IMG/VR virus record: IMGVR_UViG_3300025084_003207
Coordinates: 1 to 64,000 of that record
DNA length: 64,000 nucleotides
Reading direction: 5' to 3' (one strand)
Source: a virus
Shown here in pieces: positions 59,801 to 64,000 of this stretch. Below the pieces are notes generated by a model. It saw only the letters and a program-made list of their open reading frames with translations. It ran no database searches and was not told the origin of the DNA. The position numbers were made by a program, and so were the translations under genes. Positions within the stretch are counted from its first letter, which is position 1, and each line of letters opens with the position of its first letter.

Positions 59801-60155
59801 GTGGTGCATAAGCATATTGATTAGTTTTAAATAATCTGTTATGGTTATCAATTAATCCACCTTTGCTTCTTAAGTCATATAAAAAGTCCTCATAGAAAAC
59901 ATAATTTACAGGTTTACCTGTGTCTGGATTTACTGTGGTTACCACAGGGTCAAAACTATAGTATTCTCTATTAGGTGCTGGTTGCTCTACAAATGATGTA
60001 TTGCTGTTGCTAATTTCTCTTGGAGTTCCTATAAAGCCTTGTATATTTTCTACATTTGCTTTTGAAAATAATTGTTCGACTGTGCTTTCAAAGAAATTTT
60101 TATTAACACTAGTCTGGTGCTGTATAGGTAATAGATCAAAAAATTTGTTTGTCAT
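38880..60155 (-). CDS. giant baseplate wedge-like virion protein (7091 aa)
   Basis: Uninterrupted 21.3-kb ORF after a gp6-like wedge gene. N-terminal PPINIDKLINYQDYYW and NPWSRLNYW, C-terminal DWCFKT/KPYTSKLR and IGDERITF...LTGVTRGTNGT patterns resemble jumbo-phage wedge proteins. Repeated V.I.N.G.GY beta motifs. Confidence 0.75.
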   Translation of the reverse strand: MTNKFFDLLPIQHQTSVNKNFFESTVEQLFSKANVENIQGFIGTPREISNSNTSFVEQPAPNREYYSFDPVVTTVNPDTGKPVNYVFYEDFLYDLRSKGGLIDNHNRLFKTNQYAYAPPINIDKLINYQDYYWYPTGPEVTEIQGNSSVQINIDYIVGLKNYTSPAGQTLRNEMVIKFTGDHISNTSVLTKDTTYIVTGVGKGIQFILPGDSTSAYAEFNDFPLERSISITYTQANSQSYYNLETNLPEDFVDTPGGDFKEYYRNLADGVPSGAANASVHNNSRLYIGNIELKVGDAVSANVKYLGNNAQRTGNVVYLDVEAESNYLLPDSVQWDKNFALDDFHQTYIVPELQWNNDTVYGWGTAPWGSESTQNQPDYMVIEKGSKNRNPWSRLNYWWHVNELREPLKDNATGFALPDAAQRATRPILEFDRDIELHNWGNSFISKIDIIADKKKEDLEGLAIGFPINSASGTANASIIFPQDDTAIAQKIYRIQDNSGTIQFSEDTSLSNLIVTNGHVYSITGTNIGLDYYWTGTAWRQAQQKIQINQEPLFNLYDSEGVKVDDPAKYPYSDFKGCPIFTYNTDKTSTKQTSYDADLGANVVYQTSKFSSEPTFFNHLGNHTVTYKANLLANASTISGYLFYKDLQQDYKGNDNTRFRNNWHPISTPDQYRDFSNVETYFTNEVVKYNDQYFVANANISAGNFDISNFKFYEDEHSLYSKQYVEDVILIDKINVTDKFFTTSATPYNNDIIVKINDTVLTLNEDFAIRNSSTGIVLNPTLKDVSLNNPGLGYEVGDVLTLSIPGSSSNVAITVTDAEAYSGNISNGGGQIKTISVSNYGLYSELVGHPGNITSIINTASNNGHGVDATFNFTFNEAVTLKDTDVINVRTFTKGERKTSIDAYGYFEIPSAIKYNPLNTEITETRLSDLVGHGNKLLLGQEGFSGKVTGNNNYKDTSKTFNINDINIGQIDSDLLHSMYFSKNESRNLINALRFGNDQYNNFKNKFISGLEVYLNNNDYLDQTNLEILDTVLKTLKSSKVTSGGFDLSYMIPIGADYTNEEISISNVSLQEYTFSNTANISLDKNLHILQHNNTVLCADKDYTVNSYLPFDITLDNNITLAENDTLNLRIYEDSESADVPASLSKLGMFRAFQPQFMTDTSYQVDKDVILCHDGSYVIRQNDKIDDIILAFEQIVYSNIEEEYRNCENIELNEYEIKPSFFCETDFSLVEYNTLLNTNFNKWNKQNKVDYRTNSVFDSTNEFTWNYASGPAEPGYWRGVYDYYYDTQTPTVTPWEMFGYCKKPSWWDTEYPTAITSSYTAFWNNVRDGYIPAGSRKGYWKRWARPTIYSYLPVDSSGNLRSPKEIIYTSLTADSIDIDNQWAFGDIGPVEYAWRKSSYYPFAILEMLYLSRPGEFTKLFYDKRNLKRLTVHPEQLVDKTTGKRKLRQNFDPHGYRSTDNVITLRPGYTTLLYQYLTFYSLNINVEIGNPVKTLDTRLGHKFAGFVNSKQLKVFSESISTDGFSASQVLPKEDVTVNLHTSPYNSRNFYTGVKITKQAEGYSVSGFDTVLQYFEIIPSDFAGPLEGVQEGGSPADFSIFETGLSYLKDEIVKLGSVYYIAKENISAGAFDTAQWTQIPSLPTIGGASGTVYQLGTGVTEKVYYDTVFKSVQQVFDFLISLGRKQKDIGFDFGEFDSSINSMNDWVLAGRRFLFWSTEDHDVGESVKLSPLAETLKFVSTSGKISKISRQINDQYSILDENGKAIIPEDCSIVREDNTITVSPIDNRIYGMLLHTELVEHAFVINNKTVFNDVINDNVLGIRQDRLEVNTQRSRNWDGRYQAEGLVIVGDAVLPNFDTLIDSIRLYHDKDAIQLDPLKSQLAKGLLGYQTTNEYADIKIDDTIGFQYYKGLINQKGTANSLTSLIRSNVVNTNKNIEIFEEWAIKRGEFGDVYNHQSMDIKLEQDKFTRDNQQIEIIYPENITGAVSNIFVFERNTTYYNVPTIEIDPPTNGNAATATAKLYANAQLESVTITSGGDGYSSKPNVAVITGNIVISQFSDVLAYGLAGSNATVDLPLSGANALTNVNIYDHTTSSNLDIYLGNERSIDSVVEVLNREFTDANIANIVAYGDIDTQAEKHLVSQITKAGSNTRIATDRATVTSNTSIEINTPVGSNASIITNGASTLTFSNVDSITNTNPATVTLTTKTGFTPLQNGDTLTFVNHEPYTVLTSNILNQTYFVKATADTTVYELYTNEQLTANVDATSWYNESVSGVDTHLQSVGAYRSAEADLVNVEFNYSTITGLGTHNVSYFTELTAYNNSYYAERGASNTQIKLYTDPALQIPLNTTGLTKPFSDSNLSTDYIQANVTVLGTGGDNRLFIKGSDFTISEVELSGGSDSTTLAVLNIPAGRYQPTQRFPIRSANNTTSNDIIVSVDGNNVGATYWSYDRGARTIITANASVVNDYNINPNNAFSIEIGGQNKFEDENITQIDGLYPFAEIYIDGKRIKNSPDYDAFTLTNNSTTTTISFSNASLYTDNFSIGSNITVVESGSVQFNNTFTADVPGKVLSIKSVANDTLIANTISKRTYERTPDILTDNKITIDIDDPDTMLKRPTNSLQDGLWYRDNKEDYIVPNAGYVNRNKVDWESIDLSYFANLIGSGKVNIPKENDYLHLGKSENEDWNVFNLKKHGIENSTGNVSGAKNYIDNVNGRAMLFSDQRLSKWTDGNILGDKTNANFYDNVIVLKNTNLSDTVLEWSNENFVFTPRTVYKGDYRPLKKINRGITKIEPGYTRPITKVEPYKDPNYMARIYAERSHPAPGLDFFTRASVVKDNLPNAHANSVLISPNSLAGLGVGDTVRFTGTQATAANLTVGKAYTVTGISERGLGGNPGAVDVDDPSKGFFTINEANVTGTDYASINSDCYVAYESDLEFNVNMKVKGLSGTSTVLLEVADEYNLNISSYISNGLDIDFSLMSGERITNTNDFYVDDYSYTVANWNSSDKTFEISSNVTTQTATITRSGFNEITLAAFGNIDGKGNSTLAGANSAIIDKGDFVQFTSTGNYSGNVYPVQSNDGNFIQIYDPSITSNTAGRTAVVYTGSKETRTGSISNLTSNALTLSGFETSNLGNYGFGNVQYMNSNTSTGVIPSVSGSERPFKINGNTVIIDVEDAVRTMQTRFPVHTLRDTTNNTVDLFFRDNGAGEFARVLFNDSEKTPEEQNILSNDPSKLFNYNNKPVYLGLGLPTSQNQISLETDFTGIPESLRSIDGVELDLEFRYVTDQGLRELLRQTGVQGDTSSSEFVNNAYEMLSKTENFDSAWWIENFTFTQENPSLDGMYIELQARNGSEVTSKLDLIPRHFGQHEAFNIIGDVEKQLSISTVSSKLVDKTDKNRLKLDFSDLHPMSFSKVISVIDSKDNNLIWTDPNGNIIQVHSSQPKKIRGSLLTNKLRPSHINGGSYPFEWWGEDVKNVLSQGADNKIVLNLGFENGLTAYPGHNNFDVAIPLVIVHGAKFKYTLAPTTKNELLNLRVAIKDDSGNIPQIVDRKIASVGQSSITIDNSDNTFTTNDTTNNLNAIIYQVDENKNKQVLANDYASPVEKSTTDNGYSAVLLQPKSNSSSLNSGNTLGYISTLPTQIGSAGTFYVGINQSANVSLDSIFGSNLDIAFDYLPLNHTGVSSKQINVSDVNVAVDVHVVEPQHKMFMDTEAVDNNILRFADTVHGANSVLTGNIVVANTQTNYAIIPKSISDNVGTYAINETQKNSLGIIVSSAHGPHLVFNKPNNLLSVNDTIFVNTSGSANGINNTEFRIRAVTENTFTVKLANTNVIPTAELSSMKYLTYGLPIIEGTASTNTVTTRTIHVPANIHVFEPGDNITLNTGSVDTASVNGQTYIVNAVLENAIMINHATAPTSLTTNLTASLTGNANLHIMTLPRGYAVPGMTGSIYDPENIYSLGGNTDVTFNKITDLDFDKNFTTTDGKPVMYFEKDLGTSFNNDELMLDIYEATRFYSKDHNIGKVDDNQLVVSSTNASSEGLVNIELPNGLRGISVGANITFSHSQVGHVLSGNSFVVVDFVNLIDNIEGDGEQYITIEAPGATATSNVFSVSYDNYIPSQSRTIKIGNTRNYDGFATPFLADKNSFVINTIYTGNVVTNGHWVSDTMLITGTDDFQNEINVKPTQNHIAIKNSPIRNYNATYKMAPIGMDQRRLGKNQIEVFGFTNSNVAIDFTDKNVSYSLTDHNAVEINDNKTYLPAQDTVEQVADSLNFISDFKAGAIDKEKKMEVGFLFGYRDPRSDNRTSPDFNQKYVQRPADVSGLDQVYSYEYIGAPAGNALKGGVNKFSPVKANETIAERRAPSKLAGKYIIDMQGLEEQVYYGSLNEQRTKRPHGTPAFKVLDGKLTADKELVQNYENNLNNMYLDPSLQTIKNKAEAPFGSPKHGTWPYTGYTGPYMGTYYDNWMGGNQWWRDDKYGYRQLNGEHYGGGISGGGGGPGGTQDPPPQDPPPPAESCGKFRITLYDTNSGEEGTTYEFDDGLFDIVQQYIDSEYTNISGYQNQFIQAGGTGADWTTILSYIEGIGENYTKIPYNQLDVDLCELQDLHIKDITGNTCTSSGEVLHLGGSAVSLPEGCDPCSLADAINSQSPNFNAECVPEDTKREPKSCVIKGGRQAWGTTDFRGVDKIVKMGNNKGQSVDYIGQRDDNYKLLEGRKDGVPAVLFGSRHDDARLMVSIDGPNLLKSIKLQLEEKGLDPNEYKSVVLRSTTNDDVSGELLHWKNSTARITNTGSGIKGEYNNIARHPFAIVYAPSSGSIFDEGQQMQTIQFGKDAMGRGINKDTMSVYVSKLNRSRYDYSTKGKGGILYRLPKHGTSDHKYLGDLYNFTIIDDLYLGGFGSKTDEDTRSNAITTTKEQDERGFKFDKITGYGERVQDGGKWKDRTGSWFRNLWQYHAKQQRRVQGCTSAEDANIPQLNPIVRIKSAVPFSLGTGCSRSPFTEVGDFQPYREKNINSSANLTIANALTPEQYNELGGDDTSVFTPKVISGGLPGQEVTIVDIMGAPDTSNPFMTSDYIRIDGYPVNPRSGEGTRDGQVANANVGIVQTGMVEDSTGFNYMVGDKLTIVGGRPKTIDEDAYYLSDVVVTNPGSGYNPRTTRLEVIDTEMGTILPGVQINPVFQPSDDAVTPVTKNTGRTAISSAVLPYKTYIGYKGCREIDWLSGLDTNTAFIDRAGNSINGITIDARRVDVGIDSQNTYYEETFTLSATTAMELGTTYKAFVGTRKYENFGEFMMFNFEENSTTGINDRGQSNFTSSFNESERNDLNGAWIICWNIPNSQNKFTSTNAHDNFGDLAQGTVGIMKSYYDVEAFGPLTRDDFNHFLSDNIKETNGRIVKFLKLDNDRAYFQVMNPYDLDTAAGRSIGTPDFANMFARFYPINSLNEFSADTSSTFANNYEVIIENDTSVSSDVTASGTATFRMDSRDAVHGLKVKAKQLGNNPDATMQQFDIFVFQDGVDVGYLRVPVTIHFDIPASTHGGEFDIAGSTLANNMAKLNYSTVYRPVVQPVNELQESEAIIYKFDFSNLPDDAKVNDIDIDLRFDSYAPGDFDMMWLTSPEGRRIPLLQTLGSFGSEGQHNQQGFLDGYDYHKNDIIQAFQFTLTSSLTAEAIKYGGSNLNYSNKVKPSIGMPTRDLNNHGQHFDTASGAISKVLGSDYGNDVTLSEYGINYNSVENVLRKFLRDEDGNIRGILGKGTWFLEWSRPGRIIDLAYDPGTVGNKKTKIRTPNIKIKYTSASENPAYDSADKESIGDVAIIQKGGFQPEFATRRYTVVAKGSSGTGFEAQAFLKKGKLVGEDNPDIKSQQAVFEVLKINQAGSITKLRILDRGVYEIFPAEFERGVPLKYLEGDMASPTMKTRPYGEGYGARVQLTSRSVINCQQPPGIVSRNSGPSRPATPTETLADLINTVGGIDGGLTASSTPINPSVHTLSIKTDADGFELSDLVPGTLDALGIPAGDYGPNAFGFSADVGDGGNGFGLNDSGIRKDNPFDKGDPDSLILYNASTPPEFDGLSSSNFGNVYSYDLNRVGGGQLVTEKLQSEVDVLYLKSARVRSKYELKSLMPKAWVDNYDVNGWAYLENGKVVYRKDKLVDSSKIKSALIYDNITGERISDVFLNDPFKNVFMPEVERNLTYISESDPVYYADDSSNFSNKNVGELWWNTSNMRVRWYEQSDDDYRRQYWGSYVDGSQVDVYEWIESTETPIEYSGPGTPLDIEKYLIDQRYVSSTGLFKNLYYYWVKDITDVPNVKGRTASASSVASLIASPKLQNIPTFGAISNNSIVLNNVKSYLTDDESVFQINFKRTDSKYKNKHESYILLGENNISGNIPSEFFHKLVDSLVEEDRLGKVVPDPYLNKFERYGISIRPRQTMFVKPKNARRELVYFINSIMKDIKLSDDLYSGWDSELTTNTYYEITDWVATGYDTNTIKSRANVRSVKEMRGLTNIPDGAFVRLIGIGDNPDRFFEYNSAKDDYDLVKIVGGTMKLKYSVFGEINPGLTSELRQLLFAIRNNIFKNTNLENKLYFSMLNYVLTEQYQTDWCFKTTYFNVRQSAENLVQTPATKIDTFNSVVKSIKENKPYTSKLRDFEDRKISIDSLKSFATDFDRPPYQPDLSITAKILDDSNSGDVSILTNNTEYVNWTNNYSNNATKIRTITEKIFIDRINDEISPIYDHTDSNGILTVQLASKYNQPQSNTSAIRMEQLSDASSNATPINHIERVFKYNTVITDLTKKIADTDTYSSDIIAGFVATRDATLRTLAYADFFGEELDANIFAKAYFDSIGKELMSTGLGYDLFGFDSAGFDSKQSVNNYTVNAAVQSELIRDTLTYQGFDSSTFFTGLSGPGIPPEHALFKPLEGLQINVQSNMTAYDNDGTVVGNQDGVFRPKSGATQLPGTHGNANVSYKIFVGMNGATEYIRLSDSNKTTLAANITAKSLTIQIADATAITPPYTGSPATAVFIGDERITFEGIVGNTLTGVTRGTNGTSAESHTVGETVYDATESNNINAGAFAYGANADPEITIWNVDGGTASPLANANTSIAGFLQAGPGSYFG
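46663..46733 (-). repeat. Gly/Pro linker with 15-bp tandem duplication (QDPPP x2)
   Basis: GGTGGTGGATCTTG at 46663-46676 and 46678-46691; protein GGGISGGGGGPGGTQDPPPQDPPPP. Confidence 0.8.
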
Positions 60156-63100
60156 TAGTATCCACTTCCACCGGAGCCACTGCTACCACTACTACCACTG
60201 CTACTGCTACTGCTAGTACTACTTGTTGTAGATGATTTTGTGATTGCATTGCCCTTCATTTGTTTTAAATTTGTTGAAGATAAACTTTTTACTACTTCTA
60301 CGTTATCAACTGTTGCTGTAGAAAAGAATAATTCATCTGATGCCGCTCTAACTTGATATAGATCACCAAATATAGATTCTGACTTGCTAGGTACAATAAC
60401 AACTGATGCTATTGCTTTACCTAACTCTTGATGAATGTATGCACTTAACTCTGAGAAATAAAATGTTTCACCAAAGTCCCAATTTTCTACATTAAAATAA
60501 GTATCAATTAATTCTAATACCGCACTTCTAACTTCTGCATCTGTTGTTGTACTTCCTGGTAATTTTACAACTTTAATTTTTGCTTGTAATTCTGGATCGG
60601 CGTCGTCGCCAAATAATAATTTAAATTTACCACTGCTGTAAACTAATTGGTCACTAACACTCTTAAACTCATCTAATCCTGAATATTCTTGTGCAAGTTG
60701 TTCTGATGTTGGTGCACTAGGCAATGTACTTACACCGCCATTTTTATAACTTAGCATTGCTTGGTAATATGATTTTGTAAGCATAAACATTTCTACAACA
60801 TTGCTGATACTAGGATCTATTCTAACATCACTTGGAGCAATGTGTTGCCATTCAAATGCACATTTTCTTGGATCGTTTTGAAGTGTGTTTTGCTCAAAAC
60901 TTCTACCTACTTTTACATTGTACTGGTTGTTTTCTGTTAGCACAATCATTTTAGGTGTTGTTAAATCATTAATTAATTCGTATACTTTAGGCAAAAGCGA
61001 TCTTGGAAAAACTAATTTGTGATTAAGTTTTCCTAAATTATTTTTTAAATATGTTTCTGCTACACTTAAATCTTTTACAATTATCAAATCAAAATCTGTA
61101 AATGCAGTTTTATTATCTGGATCACTGCCTGGAGCAACTGTGTCTAACACATAATCAACTGATATTTCTGTCTCTGTTGCAAAATTTAATATTTTAAATT
61201 TTGCTGGTCTTTCATATGTGTAGCCATCTAAATCTGTATATTGCTCAAAGAAAACAAAGTCTGTGCTACCTACAAATTTATCAAACAAGTCTGGATCATC
61301 TGGAAATCCATCATAGTCACTGTCAATGGGTTTGACAACAACTTTTGCCGGATCGGCAAAGCCATCGCCATATCTGTATGCATCGACTATTTCAAATTCT
61401 ATTGGCTTGTCTAAAGACTCTTTGACATTTTTATAAACAATTTGTAGTTTATCTGCATGTTTAAATCCATTCCATCTACTGCTTAAACTATCAAAATCGG
61501 AAACTTTAATACTTGAATTAGACAGCAAATCAATGTGTCCTTCTGATGCAGTATCTCCTACTTCAAATGTAGTTGTGGTTGCATTACCAGTATAGGTTTT
61601 ATAACTGCTTGAACCAATATCATAATTCACATAAGCAATATTACCATTTGCTCCGCCAACAATAGATGTACCAAATTTACTTAATGGTATAGTGATACCG
61701 CTTGGTAAACCTGATAATTTTGCACTATTTAATTTTACTACTGCTTTACCTGTAGTTGTCGATATTGGGTCTACTGCTATTGTTGTAGATACCGCTGGTG
61801 CAAAATCTCCTTGGCTATAATCTGCTGTGGGTGACACTGATGCTTCGCCGTTAACCAATAAACCAAAGTTACTGATAAATCTTACTTCTAAATCTTTTGC
61901 TTTTGTGTCTCTGCTTCTTAAAATAATTTCTGGACTGTTTCCTACATTAGGTGTGTATGTTGCATTAGTAGTTTCTAATTGCCAACTGTCACCTATGTCA
62001 TCTAAATTTGTATCAACCCAATTATATGTTTCTATTAACTCTGGTTTGAAGTTTGCTGTAGTTAAAGCAATGGTATCTTTTAATACTCTACCTGTTTTAC
62101 TATCAAATGTTTTTTCATCACTAGAAAAATAAAATTTTATATCTTTAAGACTTTCAAATATAATTCTAGTACCTCGGGTAGTTACTGTGTAATTTGAAAT
62201 GCTTGATGTACTATTTGTACTGTTGTATTCAAATTTCATTAACCAACTAGCACCGCTGGTAAGGTCTGGGTTAAAGTCTGCATTTTTTTGTAAATTACTG
62301 TTGTCAATAATATACCAGTGTGTGGAACCACTACCACCTGGTCTGAAATTATATCCTATACCAAAATCTTCTTTGGCTGTAATTCTTGTATTAAATGCTG
62401 TGCCTATATCTGTTTCTAATGCATTGGCATTTAATGTAGGTATTATTTCAGTGGCTCTCCATGCATTTGGAATTTCTTTGTTTAATTTTACTACCCCTTC
62501 TGTGACACTTAGTAAATTTGTTGGTACACCATTATTTGTAATACTGGTAATGGTTGCTAATTCCTCTTGTGTAGGATCGTTTGGATTTTTAAATTTTATA
62601 TATGAACCGGCTTGTATGATTCTATTATCATTTACACTATTGTTAAGTGTGGTTCTGACGCCGGCTTCTAGTCTAGTAAAATAACCTGTGTTATTTTTAT
62701 TTTTACTAGGCTGGGTTACCCATGCAATATCTTTATTATTTGCTGTTAAGTCAAATGCTAATGCATCTAAGCCTTTATGTAATTTTCTATAATCGTCATA
62801 AACAAAGTTTTGTAGATTTGTGTCTTTAGTAATATTAGCAACATCTTCTTTTAAAATTTGCATTGTTGTTTTACTTGTACCAAATGTTAAATATGTATCT
62901 TTGTTTTCGATATCTTTATATAATGCACCGTCGTCTGCAAACGAAGTTACACTACTGAACCTTCCTGTAGGATCTTCAATATCAATATATCTACTATGGC
63001 CTGCATGTGTTCTATTTGTTGCTTTTAATTTTAGAATGTTTGCACTTTGGCTCAGTGGAAATACATTATAGTCTTGAGCACTAACCATTCTATTTTGAGT

Positions 63101-64000
63101 ATAATATGTTTGTGGTGCTCTTCGTTTAATACTTTGTAAAGTTTCTGCGGCTGAACTATTTGATACTGTGGCTTTTAATGACATCCTTAAAGTAAGGTTA
63201 TGCAATTCGCCTTTTCTATTATAATAAGGTAATGTTAATTCTTTGTTTTGAAAATCTGCTGGTCTAATAGACATGTTTTCGCCAATGCTAGTTCTGAAAT
63301 AAATTCTAAAAATACCAGAAGGTATGTTTGCAAAATTACCGTCTGAAAATCTTACTCTAATACCGTCGTCGAATAAGTTGTCAATTGCATATAAATTTCT
63401 AGATTCTAAACTGGTTGCATTATATAATAAAGTTTGTCCTTGAAGATTGCTGACTTTTTGCCAAGTAAGTTGGTTAACAGCATTATTGTCTAACTGATGC
63501 ACAAATACATCTGTTTCATTGATGTTTGCAACTGGTATATCTACTGTTCTGTTAGGCAAGGCTCTTTCAAAAATATAATCTTCAAAACTCAACTCGCCTT
63601 GTTTGAACATCATGAAAAATCCTGTGTAAGGACTTTCTAATCCTCTTTTGTCATCTCGATAAGAAATTCTCATCTGACTGTAAATGTCTGGTTGTGCTTC
63701 TTTGAAAACACCGTTTTCAATATTTGTACTAACAAATTCAAAAGGTACACTAGTACCATTTACTGTTGCACTTGTTGAAAATACAGGTGTTGTGCCTATT
63801 TCGTTATTGAAGCCATATATCTGTGTAGCAATACCGCCTACTGTTTCTTCAATGATTGGTTTTGTAAAAGGATTTGCTACTGAAAATGCACTATTTAAAA
63901 CTGTAATGAATTGATCAAAACTATTATTATTTGTTGGATCATTCCAATCAATTCTGATATTCTGTAAACTGTCGCCTGAAGCATCTAGTAATGGCTCGTC
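60155..64000 (-). CDS. baseplate wedge subunit (T4 gp6-like), 5'-truncated by window edge
   Basis: RFSDGNFANIP, ETLQSIKRRAPQTYYTQNRMVSAQDY, YFNVENWDFGETFYFSELSAYI. The frame stays open upstream of 63673 to the edge (DEPLLDASGDSLQNIRIDWND...SQMRIS). Confidence 0.85.
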   Translation of the reverse strand, partial: DEPLLDASGDSLQNIRIDWNDPTNNNSFDQFITVLNSAFSVANPFTKPIIEETVGGIATQIYGFNNEIGTTPVFSTSATVNGTSVPFEFVSTNIENGVFKEAQPDIYSQMRISYRDDKRGLESPYTGFFMMFKQGELSFEDYIFERALPNRTVDIPVANINETDVFVHQLDNNAVNQLTWQKVSNLQGQTLLYNATSLESRNLYAIDNLFDDGIRVRFSDGNFANIPSGIFRIYFRTSIGENMSIRPADFQNKELTLPYYNRKGELHNLTLRMSLKATVSNSSAAETLQSIKRRAPQTYYTQNRMVSAQDYNVFPLSQSANILKLKATNRTHAGHSRYIDIEDPTGRFSSVTSFADDGALYKDIENKDTYLTFGTSKTTMQILKEDVANITKDTNLQNFVYDDYRKLHKGLDALAFDLTANNKDIAWVTQPSKNKNNTGYFTRLEAGVRTTLNNSVNDNRIIQAGSYIKFKNPNDPTQEELATITSITNNGVPTNLLSVTEGVVKLNKEIPNAWRATEIIPTLNANALETDIGTAFNTRITAKEDFGIGYNFRPGGSGSTHWYIIDNSNLQKNADFNPDLTSGASWLMKFEYNSTNSTSSISNYTVTTRGTRIIFESLKDIKFYFSSDEKTFDSKTGRVLKDTIALTTANFKPELIETYNWVDTNLDDIGDSWQLETTNATYTPNVGNSPEIILRSRDTKAKDLEVRFISNFGLLVNGEASVSPTADYSQGDFAPAVSTTIAVDPISTTTGKAVVKLNSAKLSGLPSGITIPLSKFGTSIVGGANGNIAYVNYDIGSSSYKTYTGNATTTTFEVGDTASEGHIDLLSNSSIKVSDFDSLSSRWNGFKHADKLQIVYKNVKESLDKPIEFEIVDAYRYGDGFADPAKVVVKPIDSDYDGFPDDPDLFDKFVGSTDFVFFEQYTDLDGYTYERPAKFKILNFATETEISVDYVLDTVAPGSDPDNKTAFTDFDLIIVKDLSVAETYLKNNLGKLNHKLVFPRSLLPKVYELINDLTTPKMIVLTENNQYNVKVGRSFEQNTLQNDPRKCAFEWQHIAPSDVRIDPSISNVVEMFMLTKSYYQAMLSYKNGGVSTLPSAPTSEQLAQEYSGLDEFKSVSDQLVYSSGKFKLLFGDDADPELQAKIKVVKLPGSTTTDAEVRSAVLELIDTYFNVENWDFGETFYFSELSAYIHQELGKAIASVVIVPSKSESIFGDLYQVRAASDELFFSTATVDNVEVVKSLSSTNLKQMKGNAITKSSTTSSTSSSSSSGSSGSSGSGGSGY
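60158..60235 (-). repeat. low-complexity Ser/Gly tail SSTTSSTSSSSSSGSSGSSGSGGSGY
   Basis: AGT/AGC/GGT trinucleotide runs at the 3' end of the wedge gene. Confidence 0.8.

Noticed and set aside
34066-60155. Collagen (Gly-X-Y)n tracts as substrates for the PLOD-like enzyme
   Set aside because: None found in the structural proteins of this window; the Gly/Pro stretch near 46700 lacks triplet periodicity.
20883-63914. Many 60-160 aa plus-strand ORFs opposite the minus-strand genes, plus minus-strand and alternate-frame ORFs within 223-18348
   Set aside because: Shadow frames of well-supported genes, with no SD or promoter and composition mirroring the sense codon bias.
63673-64000. Track start of the wedge gene at 63673 and a separate + ORF at 63684-63914
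   Set aside because: The minus frame is open to the window edge, so the gene is 5'-truncated and the + ORF is its shadow.
1-64000. Stop-codon reassignment (TAG/TGA), seen in some large phages
   Set aside because: Genes are full length under code 11, and TAG/TGA stops are followed directly by new starts or promoters.
1-64000. CRISPR array, tRNA, rRNA, IS element, intron or intein
   Set aside because: No regularly spaced repeats, cloverleaf or TpsiC motifs, transposase, homing endonuclease or intein splice motifs seen; intergenic gaps are mostly under 80 bp.

Overview
64 kb fragment of an AT-rich (about one-third GC by eye) jumbo myophage genome. It is gene-dense and uses the standard genetic code. 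I found no tRNA, rRNA, CRISPR array or transposon. A plus-strand block (1-20128) and a minus-strand block (20129-64000) converge with abutting stop codons. The left end has an ATP-dependent DNA ligase and small genes behind a consensus sigma70 promoter. The right end has baseplate/tail genes, including a 7091-aa wedge-like protein and two fibre-like proteins with autoproteolytic chaperone-like C-termini. Between them (about 3.4-34 kb) is a ~30 kb island of tailoring enzymes. It holds 5 radical SAM enzymes with N-terminal twitch/SPASM-type domains and 7 putative glycosyltransferases of three types, one with ten tandem GT-A-like repeats. It also holds a GT25 + PLOD glycosyltransferase + lysyl hydroxylase triple fusion, 4 stand-alone 2OG-Fe(II) oxygenases, a nucleotide-sugar dehydrogenase, a PLP enzyme, a SAM methyltransferase, an SGNH-fold protein, and a NodU/CmcH carbamoyltransferase preceded by an unannotated PFIY-motif peptide. 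The island shares a T4-late-like NATAAATA promoter motif with the tail genes, often 5-6 nt before an SD-less ATG. My best hypothesis (inference) is a late-expressed phage virion or surface glycosylation and glycan-tailoring system. By eye the window also avoids AGCT and GCWGC. All product calls come from motif recognition only; no database searches were run.
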